Source of the DNA: a virus
Lineage: Duplodnaviria; Caudoviricetes
DNA: 64,000 nt
Direction: 5' to 3' (one strand)
Virus record (IMG/VR): IMGVR_UViG_2875499822_000002
Span: 24,252 to 88,251 of that record
Shown here one piece after another: positions 29,669-39,690 of this stretch. Each line of letters opens with the position of its first letter. The first letter of the stretch is position 1. The position numbers were made by a program, and so were the translations under genes. The notes beneath the pieces are model-generated. The model searched no databases and was not told the DNA's origin. It saw nothing but the letters and a program-made list of their open reading frames with translations.

Positions 29669-32449
29669 TCACATATTCTTTATCTCATTTCTGTTGGCGC
29701 GAATAACGTTCATGATCGCTGCCTCTCCATGAGCACCCTCCATAACGCTGGCGATGGACATCGAGTCAATCATGTTATTAACGGTAACTCTTGGCGCTTT
29801 ATCCACCTGCCTACTACTGCCCTTGCCAATATTCCATTGATGTCTCGGATCTGTAGTTGGAAGGATCTCCTCATTCTTTTCAAGGATTGCAGCTACTTCG
29901 TTAGATTTAAGCCCAAGTGTTCCTGCGAGCGCACCTTCGTGGTGATACTCCGCGTTAATGAATGCCAGGGGAGTTATATCCCTACTTCTCCCAACTCCGC
30001 CCGCCATCCCACCTTCGTGGTTCACACCCGCGCTGATCATTCCCATCAGGCTTCCCACACCCGCGCTGGCACCACCGGTATAGGCTGAGAGCATCGACTG
30101 GATGGCCAACTGAATCAGCAGTTTCGCAATGATCTTCGACACCTCAGTCAGGACGCCTTGAGCGAAGTCAGAGAACGCTTCTTTTGCGGACTTTGTCCCT
30201 GATATGAAGTCAGTGAACAGACCTTCCAATCCACCCTGCAGGCTGCTTGACACATTATCCGTCAGCGTCTGCAAATCGAATACTTCAGCCCGAGCGTCCT
30301 GGGCCGACTTTTTAACTTTGTCGAGATCTGCCGGGTTGCCGGTGACCTCGGCAGCTTTCGTGCCCCTTTCTTCCAGCTTGTTTGCTTGATCCAGATAGTC
30401 GAGCGGCGAGATCTGGTGCCTCTCCAACTTTGACTTCAAACTGGCGTACTGACGCTCGATCTCTTGCATCTCTGCCTGAGCTTTCTTCGCACTGATCAGT
30501 TTCTGGATTGCCGTCGAGTCTTCCCCGAGGCTCTCCATGTTTTTGATCGATTCCTTGAAGTCGGCCTCTATTTTCTTGATGTCAGCGCTGAACTGATCGC
30601 CGCCAATGGCCAGGAGCTCGATCTGGGCGTCAGATTTGATCTGAGCCAGTTGCTGTCTGATCTGTCCAACCTCTGCAGCACGGTCGGCTTTGAGCAAGGC
30701 GGACTGGTTGACGAGCTCTGCGCCGATAGTGGCTTGATCGGCTCGCTTGGAGGTGATGTCTGCTTCGAGTTGATTGATCGTTGCAAGGATGCCTGGTCGG
30801 TCATTTAGGTTCTGTGTGACTGCCAGGAGCTTTTGCTGTCCAGCAAGGCTTCCCTGGAGCGCTTTGATATCGACGTCGAGAGAACGCTTTTTCTGCTCGC
30901 TTAGATTCTTCGCAGCTTCCATTTCGATCCTGAACTTCTCATCAGCGATCTGAACTGCCGATAAATTTTCGCGACGAGCCCGTTCTTGCAGTTCGGAAAT
31001 CTCAACCTGTTTTTTTGTGTCGATCTTCGAAATGGTGATGTCGATCTCTTTTTTGGCGAGATCAGCCTGTAGTTGCGCCTGGGTCGCTGCAATGGCTGCT
31101 GATGCCTCAGCATTTTTGGTCTGGAGCTTTGCGATGTTTGCCTGGTTAGACTTGTCCTTTCTAGCCGCTAGCTCTTTCTGAAGATCGTCTTCGTTCTTAA
31201 TTACCTGAATCTTGTACTTATTAAGGAAGTCATCTGCGGCTTTCTCATCTTCATCGCTATTCAGGATGCGGAAGTTATCCTGGCCGACTTCGTGTAGTTT
31301 CTGTCTAAGCTCCTGTACACCCTTAATGGATTGGTCGATGTCACTTCTCTTGGCGACTTCAATCGGCTTTTTATACGATCCTTGGAGATCAGTGACGCCT
31401 TTCTGGAACTTCTTGATATTCTCTGAGGCACCAGTTAAATCAAAAGCGTCAGCGAAATTCTGAATCGGCTGGACAAACGTAGAATTGAAAAGCCCAATCG
31501 TGGTAGCAAACGCAGACCTGAAGACATTAGCCATCCCATTTGCTGTCTTGACGAAGCCAGCATCAATGGTGTCCAGGCCGCGCAGGAAGAGCTCCGCAGT
31601 AAATAACACGCCTTCGCCAAGGAAACTGAATACGACGTCGAACGTATCCTTTATCTTCCCTGCGAATACGAGCCCACCCAAGATGCCTGCAAACATGTCA
31701 GTAAACTTGTCGCCGATGCTCTTAACCGGAGCCCCGACATCAGTGGATATGTTTACTATTGACTCAGTCACCAGCTGTACTACCGCCGTCACTTGAGGCG
31801 ATAGGTCGGCAAGCATTTTGCTGAAAGCTGTGCTTCCGACTTTTTCAAGCTGGGCGAACGACTTTCCGAGCTTGCTAACAGCGATAGTTTCAGTGTCGCT
31901 CAGCGTCAGGTTGAAGCGCTTGGCTTCCTCCATGAGTCGCTTGAACTCTTCTCCACCATTTTTCAGTACGGGTAGAAGGTTTCTAAGGGCGTCAGAGCCG
32001 ATCTGGTCGAGAAAAGTAAATGCGGAGTTGTCCGACATGCCCTTCAGGGTTTCGGAGATCTTCTGCAACTGCTCAAGGGGATTGAGTTTATTGAATTTGG
32101 CAACATCAACATTCATAACCTCAAAGAAGTCGACGCCGCCGCCAGAGCCAATGGAGCTGAACTCCTCGACTTTGATCCGCACCTCATCAAGGGCATCCAG
32201 CAGTTGATCGGGCTGGACGTTCGCGCCGTTGAAAGCTGCATACTGTGCTGCCGTCAGATCTTCCATAGAGACGCCCAGGCGCTTTGCTGCAGCATCAAGC
32301 TCTGTCAGCTGATGAACAGTTTCCTTGATTGCGACAGCGCCCGCGAAGGCACCAACCAGGGCTGTGACCTTTGCCGTTGCACTTGTGAGTATTCCGGACG
32401 CTTCATCCTTTGCTTTGAGGATTAAATTGATTACTGCGCTGCTAGCCAT
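29669..32449 (-). CDS. Tail tape measure protein
   Basis: INLILKAKDEAS start, long helical body, C-terminal SAKEAFSDFA and HEGG..NEV.AILEKNEE motifs. Confidence 0.9.
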   Translation of the reverse strand: MASSAVINLILKAKDEASGILTSATAKVTALVGAFAGAVAIKETVHQLTELDAAAKRLGVSMEDLTAAQYAAFNGANVQPDQLLDALDEVRIKVEEFSSIGSGGGVDFFEVMNVDVAKFNKLNPLEQLQKISETLKGMSDNSAFTFLDQIGSDALRNLLPVLKNGGEEFKRLMEEAKRFNLTLSDTETIAVSKLGKSFAQLEKVGSTAFSKMLADLSPQVTAVVQLVTESIVNISTDVGAPVKSIGDKFTDMFAGILGGLVFAGKIKDTFDVVFSFLGEGVLFTAELFLRGLDTIDAGFVKTANGMANVFRSAFATTIGLFNSTFVQPIQNFADAFDLTGASENIKKFQKGVTDLQGSYKKPIEVAKRSDIDQSIKGVQELRQKLHEVGQDNFRILNSDEDEKAADDFLNKYKIQVIKNEDDLQKELAARKDKSNQANIAKLQTKNAEASAAIAATQAQLQADLAKKEIDITISKIDTKKQVEISELQERARRENLSAVQIADEKFRIEMEAAKNLSEQKKRSLDVDIKALQGSLAGQQKLLAVTQNLNDRPGILATINQLEADITSKRADQATIGAELVNQSALLKADRAAEVGQIRQQLAQIKSDAQIELLAIGGDQFSADIKKIEADFKESIKNMESLGEDSTAIQKLISAKKAQAEMQEIERQYASLKSKLERHQISPLDYLDQANKLEERGTKAAEVTGNPADLDKVKKSAQDARAEVFDLQTLTDNVSSSLQGGLEGLFTDFISGTKSAKEAFSDFAQGVLTEVSKIIAKLLIQLAIQSMLSAYTGGASAGVGSLMGMISAGVNHEGGMAGGVGRSRDITPLAFINAEYHHEGALAGTLGLKSNEVAAILEKNEEILPTTDPRHQWNIGKGSSRQVDKAPRVTVNNMIDSMSIASVMEGAHGEAAIMNVIRANRNEIKNM

Positions 32450-32453
32450 ATTA

Positions 32454-33166
32454 TTATTCTTCTCCGGCTATTTTGGTCATCAGTTCATTGAAGTGCTTTG
32501 CGTCCCCAGAAACACAGGCGATACGACTCAGGTGCTGGGCGTACAGCTCGCCCGCAAGTTCCGAACGTCGAAGATCACGCTGAACTTCAACTAGCTTGAA
32601 TAGTTTTTTGATCGAGTAGCCATAGGGGTTGAACTCAGCTGAGTTGTGACCACAGCTAACAAGGAATTCGCAGCTAGCTACCAGCGTGCCCAGGTAGTCT
32701 GCAACTGGATCAGGCTCCCCGTACTCGCGAATTCTTTTTTGCTCTCGCTCGTAATCCGCAATTATTTGATCATCAGTGCGATTGTCGGGGCGAGTTTCTC
32801 CAGACTTTTTTTTAGACCTTCTGGAAATGTGAGGGCCAACACAGTAGAAAGAAGCTCTACTTGAGTCATCAGTGGAAAGTTTCTGATGTGATCAGCCGCT
32901 TCTGGTTGCTTGCAGCCCAAGGCAATGCAAGAGGCTCCGAAAGCCGGAAATTGAAGAAGGACGACTTTAGAGTTATCGCTGGAATTGTTTCCTTCCTTTG
33001 CGTTGTGGAAGAAAATAGCGGCGAGGATCTTGGCGTGTTCATCTGCGAGACGAGCAAAGTCTTCAGTAGTCAGCCCGTAAACATCGAGTGACTTCTCAGG
33101 CTCCTTTCCAATAGCCTGTGTAATGACAACTTTTTTAAACGGAACAACAAGATCGAGCAGAGACAT
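32454..33166 (-). CDS. Tail assembly chaperone GT produced by -1 frameshift
   Basis: A8 run (32806-32813 on minus strand) near the end of G; -1 frame open (KSGETRPD...KIAGEE) to TAA at 32454-32456. Confidence 0.8.
32762..33166 (-). CDS. Tail assembly chaperone G
   Basis: Between tail tube and tape measure; VYGLT.ED motif; ends T.FPEGLKKS. Confidence 0.8.
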   Translation of the reverse strand: MSLLDLVVPFKKVVITQAIGKEPEKSLDVYGLTTEDFARLADEHAKILAAIFFHNAKEGNNSSDNSKVVLLQFPAFGASCIALGCKQPEAADHIRNFPLMTQVELLSTVLALTFPEGLKKSLEKLAPTIALMIK

Positions 33167-33273
33167 GGATGGGCCTTTCTTATTATTATTCTTATATGCA
33201 CATCATATCATTTCGATTGACACAGATGTGGCGACAGTCAAGAATGCGTTGAGCTCAAAGATGGCATGAGGCC

Positions 33274-33621
33274 ATGATGAAGAAGATTTCTGAACTGACG
33301 CCAGCAGAACGTGATGATTACGTTTGTCGTCAAAGTATCGCCGTGCTCCAGGTTTGTGGGTATGACATGCCGGAGGATGTGGCGCTCGACTACCTGCTGG
33401 ATTCCGAGTCGGTTCCTGGTTATCGATTTGATCTGCTGGACTGCGTTTTCAACTGCATCGCATTCACTTTGCAGCACAAGCGGGATGACGCAGAGGCAAA
33501 AGAAGCTATGGAAAATCTGCTGCAGGAAGCAGGTGCTGAGCATGTACACCGGCTGACCGATCACCTGTTCAGGATTGCCGAGAGTGCTGCCCGCGACGAG
33601 CTGGAGACAATCGTATGCTGA
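33274..33621 (+). CDS. Hypothetical protein, first of an antisense three-gene insert
   Basis: GAGG RBS; overlaps the next gene. Confidence 0.65.
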   Translation: MMKKISELTPAERDDYVCRQSIAVLQVCGYDMPEDVALDYLLDSESVPGYRFDLLDCVFNCIAFTLQHKRDDAEAKEAMENLLQEAGAEHVHRLTDHLFRIAESAARDELETIVC

Positions 33622-34226
33622 CTGTCCATTTCGTTCGGCACGGCGAAAGTGCTGCCAACGCCGGCACCGCAACATCCGACCCTGCACTTATTCCACTGAC
33701 CGACCTGGGCTGGGTGCAAGCACGAGCTGTCGCTGAGACGTTCTTGCAGGCGCCGACCTTGATCGTCACTTCTCCTTACGAGCGAGCCGCTGATACTGCA
33801 AAGCCAACCATTGGGCGCTTCCCAGGCGTGCCGGTTGAGGTCTGGCCGGTGGAAGAGTTCACGTACCTTTCTCCATCCAGATGCGCGAACACCACGGCTG
33901 CTGATCGCCGACCTTGGGTCGAGAGTTACTGGACGTCTGCCGATCCGGAATGTCTCGATGGGCCAGGCACTGAGTCTTTCGCGAGCCTGATACAGCGTGC
34001 CAGGGAATCGCTGCGCCAGCTGCATGGAATGCCTGGCACTGTTGCTGTCTTTGGCCACGGTCAATTCATTCAGGCTGTTCGATGGCTTGTCACGGAGGCT
34101 CCGGAGCGGGTCGACAGTGAGGCTATGCGGGCATTTCGTAGATTCGACTTAATTAATCCGATAGTGAATTGCCAAGTAGTCACTATCAAGCATGATTCTC
34201 AACGCTGGCTATTTGACAAGGAGTAA
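33615..34226 (+). CDS. Histidine phosphatase family protein
   Basis: RHGES, SPYERAADTA, ESF and FGHG motifs. Confidence 0.9.
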   Translation: MLTVHFVRHGESAANAGTATSDPALIPLTDLGWVQARAVAETFLQAPTLIVTSPYERAADTAKPTIGRFPGVPVEVWPVEEFTYLSPSRCANTTAADRRPWVESYWTSADPECLDGPGTESFASLIQRARESLRQLHGMPGTVAVFGHGQFIQAVRWLVTEAPERVDSEAMRAFRRFDLINPIVNCQVVTIKHDSQRWLFDKE

Positions 34227-34229
34227 GTC

Positions 34230-35279
34230 TTGAAACGCATGCCAAGAAATCCTCTTAAATTCGATCCCATTGAGCTCTTCACTGCTGTTAGCAGAGACAA
34301 TGACTATAAAATCGAAGAAGAAAAAGATATTGACGACTTTTTGGACAAGGTAGGCAAGTCGCTTAAATCTTCCCTGAAAAATCAGAACCTGCTGAACGGC
34401 AAGCGGGTAGAAGCATTGTTCGCACATGTTGCCGGAGCTTTAGGTCAGTGTGTGATGGTCAAGCAGGAGGATAGCGGAGCAATTTTCGCTGCCGGCATGA
34501 ACGTCCAGGCACCTGACTACTCCATTGCACTCAATGACGGGACGAGATTTCTAGTGGAGGTGAAAAATTGTCACCATGGAGATCCTAAAGAAGATTATGA
34601 ATTCCGGAAAGACTATGTAGAGCGCTTGGAAAACTACGCACGACTACAAGGAACAACAGTAAAATTCGCTATCTATTTCTCCAGACTAAGAAAGTGGACT
34701 CTTCTGTCAAAGAGCTCAATGACTGAGCACAAAAACAAGTACACAACAAACTTCATAGAAGCTTATGCCAAAAGTGAAATGATAACGCTCGGCGACAGAA
34801 TGATCGGCACAAAGCCTAAGCTCGGCATTGAGTTGATCACAAAGCTAGATGAGGGCTCTGAAGTAAACGAAGACGGTCAAGCCTTGATTGTCATTGGTGA
34901 CGTAAAGTTATATTGCGACGGCAAAGAGATTATATCTGACAAAGAAAAGAATATAGCATTCTACCTCATAAGATTTGGCGACTGGACTTCCGAGAACCCC
35001 TTGGCAGAGATGAATGGGGATCGGGTCAAGTCCATTAAATACGAGTTTTATCCTGATGGGCCATGGGAGGAGGAGCAAGGGTTTGCAATGCTAGGCTCAT
35101 TCAGCTCAATGGTAACGAGTGCGTACAACGAGCGTACCGTTTACGAAAGCAAGATCTACGCCCTAGACACAAAAGTTGACCCTGAAGTCTTCTCTATCGA
35201 AATTCCAGACGGCTATACTGGAGAGCAACTCCCACTTTGGCAGTTTGCCATACAGCCAAATCTGGAATTCAAGCTGTAA
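34230..35279 (+). CDS. PD-(D/E)XK restriction-endonuclease-like protein
   Basis: E..F...APDY...LVEVKN motif; AT-rich. Confidence 0.7.
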   Translation: MKRMPRNPLKFDPIELFTAVSRDNDYKIEEEKDIDDFLDKVGKSLKSSLKNQNLLNGKRVEALFAHVAGALGQCVMVKQEDSGAIFAAGMNVQAPDYSIALNDGTRFLVEVKNCHHGDPKEDYEFRKDYVERLENYARLQGTTVKFAIYFSRLRKWTLLSKSSMTEHKNKYTTNFIEAYAKSEMITLGDRMIGTKPKLGIELITKLDEGSEVNEDGQALIVIGDVKLYCDGKEIISDKEKNIAFYLIRFGDWTSENPLAEMNGDRVKSIKYEFYPDGPWEEEQGFAMLGSFSSMVTSAYNERTVYESKIYALDTKVDPEVFSIEIPDGYTGEQLPLWQFAIQPNLEFKL

Positions 35280-35302
35280 AAAAGGGGCCGGCTGGCCCCT
35301 TG
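35278..35302. terminator. Intrinsic terminator between converging genes
   Basis: AAAAAAGGGGCC-GGCT-GGCCCCTT; U-tract on the minus strand. Confidence 0.75.
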
Positions 35303-35311
35303 CTCTATGAT

Positions 35312-36085
35312 TCAGTCTGCGTGCTCTTCTTTGTAATACTTGGAGAGATCCGATCCTGTGACATACGGAGCGAGCTGGATAGTACCCTTGAGCTCAAGGT
35401 CTCCGTATTCTGTACTAATAAGCTGACGCTGACTCATCGGACTGATCGAGACATTATACATAGTAACTTTTACCGGAGACTTCCCTCTGCCTACGTTAAA
35501 CCCATCGAATACAAGGCAAAGGTTCAAGTCGGAGTTTATCAGTGCTTCAAGGCGCTTGGTACTGACCGTAGAGTAAATAACTTCCACTTCAGTTCCGTCC
35601 TCAACAGCACCCTCCTCTGGGAAAAATATGTGGCCGTTGCTGACCAGGTAATCAGTACCCTCAACTAGAGCGTCTGATGTCGCGACATCCGTGATGCTGT
35701 CAACGGACGCAATGATACCGTCAGGAACAATTGCCTTGCCTTTATATGCGACATCCTTAAATTTCTTATTGGACTCAGCTGCGTCTTTGACGATCTGTGA
35801 GTACGCACCAAGCGCAACGTTCTCTGCGCTGACACTTTTCAGGTTGAGCGTGAGTTCTACAGTTGTTTTGGTCTTCTGCCTTTTGGCGACACCCATCGTT
35901 CCAGACATGGTGTCCTGCATTTCCACAAAATCAGTAGAGATAGCCATCACTGCAGAGCTGATCATGCCGAGGTTCCAGTAACCGCCAGTTGGTTTTCCGC
36001 TCGACTTATTTACGTTGGATGCCATAACAGCACCATTACCGATATACCCTACGGTTTCGACCGTGGTATTGAGACCTGCATACAT
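35312..36085 (-). CDS. Major tail tube protein
   Basis: GYIGNG start, LVEGTDY and LISTEYGDLELKG motifs; position. Confidence 0.8.
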   Translation of the reverse strand: MYAGLNTTVETVGYIGNGAVMASNVNKSSGKPTGGYWNLGMISSAVMAISTDFVEMQDTMSGTMGVAKRQKTKTTVELTLNLKSVSAENVALGAYSQIVKDAAESNKKFKDVAYKGKAIVPDGIIASVDSITDVATSDALVEGTDYLVSNGHIFFPEEGAVEDGTEVEVIYSTVSTKRLEALINSDLNLCLVFDGFNVGRGKSPVKVTMYNVSISPMSQRQLISTEYGDLELKGTIQLAPYVTGSDLSKYYKEEHAD

Positions 36086-36126
36086 ATAATTGCACCTTTG
36101 TTATTATTGTTATGGTGTTGTTGTGT

Positions 36127-36570
36127 CTAGTCTAACACGATTCTTTGGCCCCAAATTACCGACCAGGCGCTATAGTTAGCCCTGTCTTTCTGGCCATTGA
36201 ATGACTCGTTGATTGAATCAAGAGCTGGGATTTTGGTGTTTTTGTTAATGTCGCCGCTGAAGTTCTCAATCGACCTCGCGATTTCGCATGCGGTGTTGGC
36301 CGCTATGCTCGACATACCGATTGAATCCTTATCGACCTTGGCAATTACCCATGCGCCGAAGAGTACATCTGCTTCTAGTCTGATCCTGTCCTTGCGCTCT
36401 GGGAACTTACCGCCAACGCATGACAGCAGGATATGCGGTCGTACTCCGTCCATCTTCATATCCTTGAGATCTTCTACTTGGAGCTGGCCTGAAAAGAATT
36501 TTATGGTCGGGCGGCATGGCAGTTTCTCAAGTTGCTGTTTGACAAGCTCCATGTGATCAGTGATATTCAT
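36127..36570 (-). CDS. Tail completion/terminator protein (Mu gp37-like)
   Basis: Position between morphogenesis gene and tube; size. Confidence 0.6.
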   Translation of the reverse strand: MNITDHMELVKQQLEKLPCRPTIKFFSGQLQVEDLKDMKMDGVRPHILLSCVGGKFPERKDRIRLEADVLFGAWVIAKVDKDSIGMSSIAANTACEIARSIENFSGDINKNTKIPALDSINESFNGQKDRANYSAWSVIWGQRIVLD

Positions 36571-37040
36571 ACGAGTGATTGCTCTATGTGCTTTATCATT
36601 ATCTTAACATATTCATTCTTCCAAGTTTCTGGAAGGCCCTTCTCTTGGCTTGGGAGGAACATACGTTTAGTTACGTTAATCCCATCCTGGTGAGTATCTG
36701 CGTACTCCAGAGGTGAGCCGAGTACAACACTAAGCCCACGGGCTTCACCGAATATGCTGTTGCGCAGCATTCCAGTATCTATCAGTGGCTGACCCTCTCG
36801 ATGTTTCAGGTCTGCCCATCGATTACCATACGGATCTTGCGACTTTCGGAAATTTGACTTAATTCGGTTTTCCCAAATCGCAGCGACTTCCCGCAAGCCT
36901 GCTCGGACGTGCTGGTTGTTCGGGCCGAGCTTCTTGATCTTTTGCGCGAGGGCTTGGAGCTGCTTCGTGTTTGCAACGAGTTCGACCGAGCGATCACCCG
37001 TTGATGATGCGGCGATGGCCCTAGTTATGATCGGTAGCAT
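36567..37040 (-). CDS. Virion morphogenesis protein (Mu gpG / P2 gpS-like)
   Basis: DPYGNRW..L, LIDTG.LRNSI, YA..HQ.G and R.FLP motifs. Confidence 0.85.
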   Translation of the reverse strand: MLPIITRAIAASSTGDRSVELVANTKQLQALAQKIKKLGPNNQHVRAGLREVAAIWENRIKSNFRKSQDPYGNRWADLKHREGQPLIDTGMLRNSIFGEARGLSVVLGSPLEYADTHQDGINVTKRMFLPSQEKGLPETWKNEYVKIMIKHIEQSLV

Positions 37041-37042
37041 GG

Positions 37043-37408
37043 TTAGGCTCGGAACAAGCGAATGTTAGTGAGCCGTGAGCCAGTCGTTGTCTCCCCCTGC
37101 GAGACCAGGTGGATCTTGCCCGTGGCGATGCCTTCCAGCAAGCCCAGGGCGTCTTCGTAGCGCTTCCGGAGGTTTTCATTGTCAGTGTCCGGCCAAGCGT
37201 TGTATCGGGCGATATCCAGCACGGAGCCACGGACGTCTGCGATAGCTACCGGGTCGACCAAGGGCACTGCTATGCCGTTTGAACGGATGTAGGTGTCTGC
37301 GAGCCGGGATGCGCGGTCGATAGCTCTGACGACTCTGGTTTCTGCGTCATCAGGCAGGTCGTCGTCTCCAAACTCGTCTCTGAAGTCTTGATAGCTTGCG
37401 TATGTCAT
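37043..37408 (-). CDS. Head-tail adaptor, Mu gp36/DUF1320-like
   Basis: MTYAS..D, AS..AD.Y, DIARY and RYEDAL..L..IA.GKI.L motifs. Confidence 0.85.
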   Translation of the reverse strand: MTYASYQDFRDEFGDDDLPDDAETRVVRAIDRASRLADTYIRSNGIAVPLVDPVAIADVRGSVLDIARYNAWPDTDNENLRKRYEDALGLLEGIATGKIHLVSQGETTTGSRLTNIRLFRA

Positions 37409-37565
37409 AAAAGCGTTTCTCTTAGCCAAAGTTGTGGGTGGTTCTCGCCCCTCGGCGGGTGTGTGGTCACCCCCACTACTAGGTCTCTATTTAGAAGAAA
37501 GAATAAAAGCAGGACAGTAGTGGGGGTAGCAGCGAGCGGTCGATACGAGTCATGTTTGATTAAGA
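37409..37565. repeat. Copy 1 of a duplicated hairpin-containing element
   Basis: TTCTCTTAGCCAAAGTT at 37417-37433; 12-bp perfect IR 37469-37480/37516-37527; blocks shared with 61591-61710. Confidence 0.75.
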
Positions 37566-38503
37566 AAAACTTCTTTTGATCTCAGCTCGTCCAGAGGAAT
37601 GACGTGATGCGTGTCAAGATCGACGAAGCTTTCCAGCGGCTGCCCGGACTTCCACAGCCTGTATCTCGCCGGGCCCAGAATCGCTTCCTGCTCTCGGTCA
37701 CTCTGCTTGCTGAGCCAGTCCTCATATCCATCAGTGAACGCCGGTTCGTCGTCAGTCACAGCGATCATCACTGTCCTGCACCCCGGATGGAAAGGAGGCA
37801 CCTTTCGGCCCTTGTCCGTCGTCTTGTAGATCTTCCCGTCCAGCGCCCGGCACACCGGGGTGGTACGTGAGTCGAGCACGGCACTGAGCTGATACGACTC
37901 GAACCCAACCCGCTCAAACGTCTTCAGCGAAGCTTGCGATGTGACGTGAGCTGATGCTGTACGAACCATCACCTCCGCATTGCGCTTAGCACCGAGGAAG
38001 GGATTTCCTGGCTCTGCATACAACGCATCAACGATCTTCGACGTCGACAGCCCATTCAACACACCCAGGCGAATCGTCTGCTTCACTTTGATCTGTGTTG
38101 CCAGCTTCTGCTCGTCGAGCCACTCCCCAAGAATTTTGCCGTCAAATGGATCGTTGCTGACAATCGACTCAACCAGTTTTTCCGTGACCATCGAGTTTGT
38201 GAAATCGAAGCCCAGGAGCTTGCTCGTAAACTCAGACTCGTAAACAAAGAGGTCTCCGAGCTCGCGCCTGAGGGTATCGGACATGAGCTCGTACTCATCA
38301 GCGATGAGCTTATCGATTGTCACGAAAGTCTTCCTGAGGCGCGCTACCGCATTCCAGTTCCTGGCCTTCATTGCTTCATCAAGCTCAGCTTTCACAGAAA
38401 CCTTCAGCGCTTGCAGGTGCAACGCAGCTTGCTTTGCGATCCTGGTGAACTGGCCACGCATCGCAATCTGGTGCTTGATCGTCTTGTTCGCCAGTGACGC
38501 CAT
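37550..38503 (-). CDS. Head morphogenesis protein (Mu gpF/SPP1 gp7-like)
   Basis: AVLDSRTTPVCRALDG and PPFHPGCRT motifs. Confidence 0.9.
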   Translation of the reverse strand: MASLANKTIKHQIAMRGQFTRIAKQAALHLQALKVSVKAELDEAMKARNWNAVARLRKTFVTIDKLIADEYELMSDTLRRELGDLFVYESEFTSKLLGFDFTNSMVTEKLVESIVSNDPFDGKILGEWLDEQKLATQIKVKQTIRLGVLNGLSTSKIVDALYAEPGNPFLGAKRNAEVMVRTASAHVTSQASLKTFERVGFESYQLSAVLDSRTTPVCRALDGKIYKTTDKGRKVPPFHPGCRTVMIAVTDDEPAFTDGYEDWLSKQSDREQEAILGPARYRLWKSGQPLESFVDLDTHHVIPLDELRSKEVFLNQT

Positions 38504-38961
38504 TACTTCGCCCCCTGGCCGACCTGACGGTAGTATTCCTGTAGCCCTGCAAGCTGTGCCTCGGTCGTGATTATTTGCTCTCTGAGACGTAGATAATCCT
38601 GTCGAGCAATGGCTGTAAGCGCGGGCTCTCTTGCATCATCCAAGCTGGTGGTGCCGGCAGCGGCTGACACTGCAGGTGGGCAGCTGGCATGGACGAGCAC
38701 GCGCTTAGTGCCAACAGCGAGCTGATCACGAAGATTGTCGATCTGTTTTTTTGCATCACTCATTTCCTTGAACCGCTGCTTGTCTAATTCATCTCTGGCC
38801 TGGAGTGCTTGAGTAGCCTGTTGCGCCTGGCGCTCAAGCTGAACAACCTGGCTTTTGGCTTCGTCGATTTCACGCAGCAGGGCATCACGATTCCCCTTGA
38901 GTACAAGCCCGCCAAGGACAGCTACGGTCGTAAAAATGGCGATCAGCAGGTACTTGTTCAT
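38503..38961 (-). CDS. rz: Rz-like inner-membrane spanin
   Basis: N-terminal TM segment, coiled coil, G.KR..V.A.C and QL.GLQEY motifs. Confidence 0.88.
   Translation of the reverse strand: MNKYLLIAIFTTVAVLGGLVLKGNRDALLREIDEAKSQVVQLERQAQQATQALQARDELDKQRFKEMSDAKKQIDNLRDQLAVGTKRVLVHASCPPAVSAAAGTTSLDDAREPALTAIARQDYLRLREQIITTEAQLAGLQEYYRQVGQGAK
38571..38759 (-). CDS. rz1: Rz1-like outer-membrane spanin embedded in rz
   Basis: Lipobox LSAC and Pro-rich PLPAPPAWMM in an alternate frame. Confidence 0.8.
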   Translation of the reverse strand: MMQKNRSTIFVISSLLALSACSSMPAAHLQCQPLPAPPAWMMQESPRLQPLLDRIIYVSESK

Positions 38962-39422
38962 AGCCCCACCTCGCACAGCGCCCGCTCTTCCGCTCGCCTT
39001 GTAACCAGCCCGTTCAGCTTCACGCCCCTGGCATACACCCACCTCGACAGCTCGGCACATGCGCCTGCAGGATCACCCGCATTCAGCTTCTTCAGCAGTG
39101 TGGAGCTACCGAACTTCGTGCCGCCAACGTTGTAAACAAAAGAGACAAGTGCAGCCCGACGCTCGATAGTTAGATCGACTTTAACCCTAGATTCAACATC
39201 ACCTATCGCCACCAAGAGATCTTTCTGAAGTAGCGCCTCACATTGCTCGCTGGTCTTGCTTTGTCCTAATTTAGCTGTCGCCGTGTGACCATAGCAAATT
39301 GTCGGTATTCCTACAGGATCTAGATAAGCCTTTGTCTCGATACCTTCATGAGTAGAAACAACTATAGTGGCGATGGATAAAGTGGCAGCTGCTATCGCAG
39401 CCCGCAGCCTGCTAATCGCCAT
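38958..39422 (-). CDS. SAR-type endolysin (GH24 lysozyme)
   Basis: Ala-rich N-terminal segment, EG..AYLDPVG.PTICYGHT and GLVTRR.E motifs. Confidence 0.9.
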   Translation of the reverse strand: MAISRLRAAIAAATLSIATIVVSTHEGIETKAYLDPVGIPTICYGHTATAKLGQSKTSEQCEALLQKDLLVAIGDVESRVKVDLTIERRAALVSFVYNVGGTKFGSSTLLKKLNAGDPAGACAELSRWVYARGVKLNGLVTRRAEERALCEVGL

Positions 39423-39624
39423 CCTTTGACTCCGCCGCTTCACGTTTGCTAGCGCGCTCTTCTCTAACATGCCTCCTGAATGAGAAATAGACACCGAGCA
39501 CGACGGAAATAGCTGTGAGTATTAGAACCCAGTCACTTAGAGTTACTCCGCAGACTATGAGCCCTGACGCAGTAACGCCAGATAGCTTTGTGGACTCAAT
39601 GGCCACAGATTGAGAAATTGACAT
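39412..39624 (-). CDS. Holin (pinholin-like)
   Basis: 70 aa with hydrophobic segments and charged tail, upstream of the endolysin. Confidence 0.75.
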   Translation of the reverse strand: MSISQSVAIESTKLSGVTASGLIVCGVTLSDWVLILTAISVVLGVYFSFRRHVREERASKREAAESKDGD

Positions 39625-39690
39625 TAGTCTTTCTTCTTATTATTATGTGAGTCTATATTTTTATTGTAACACTTTAATCAGGGATGTGTT

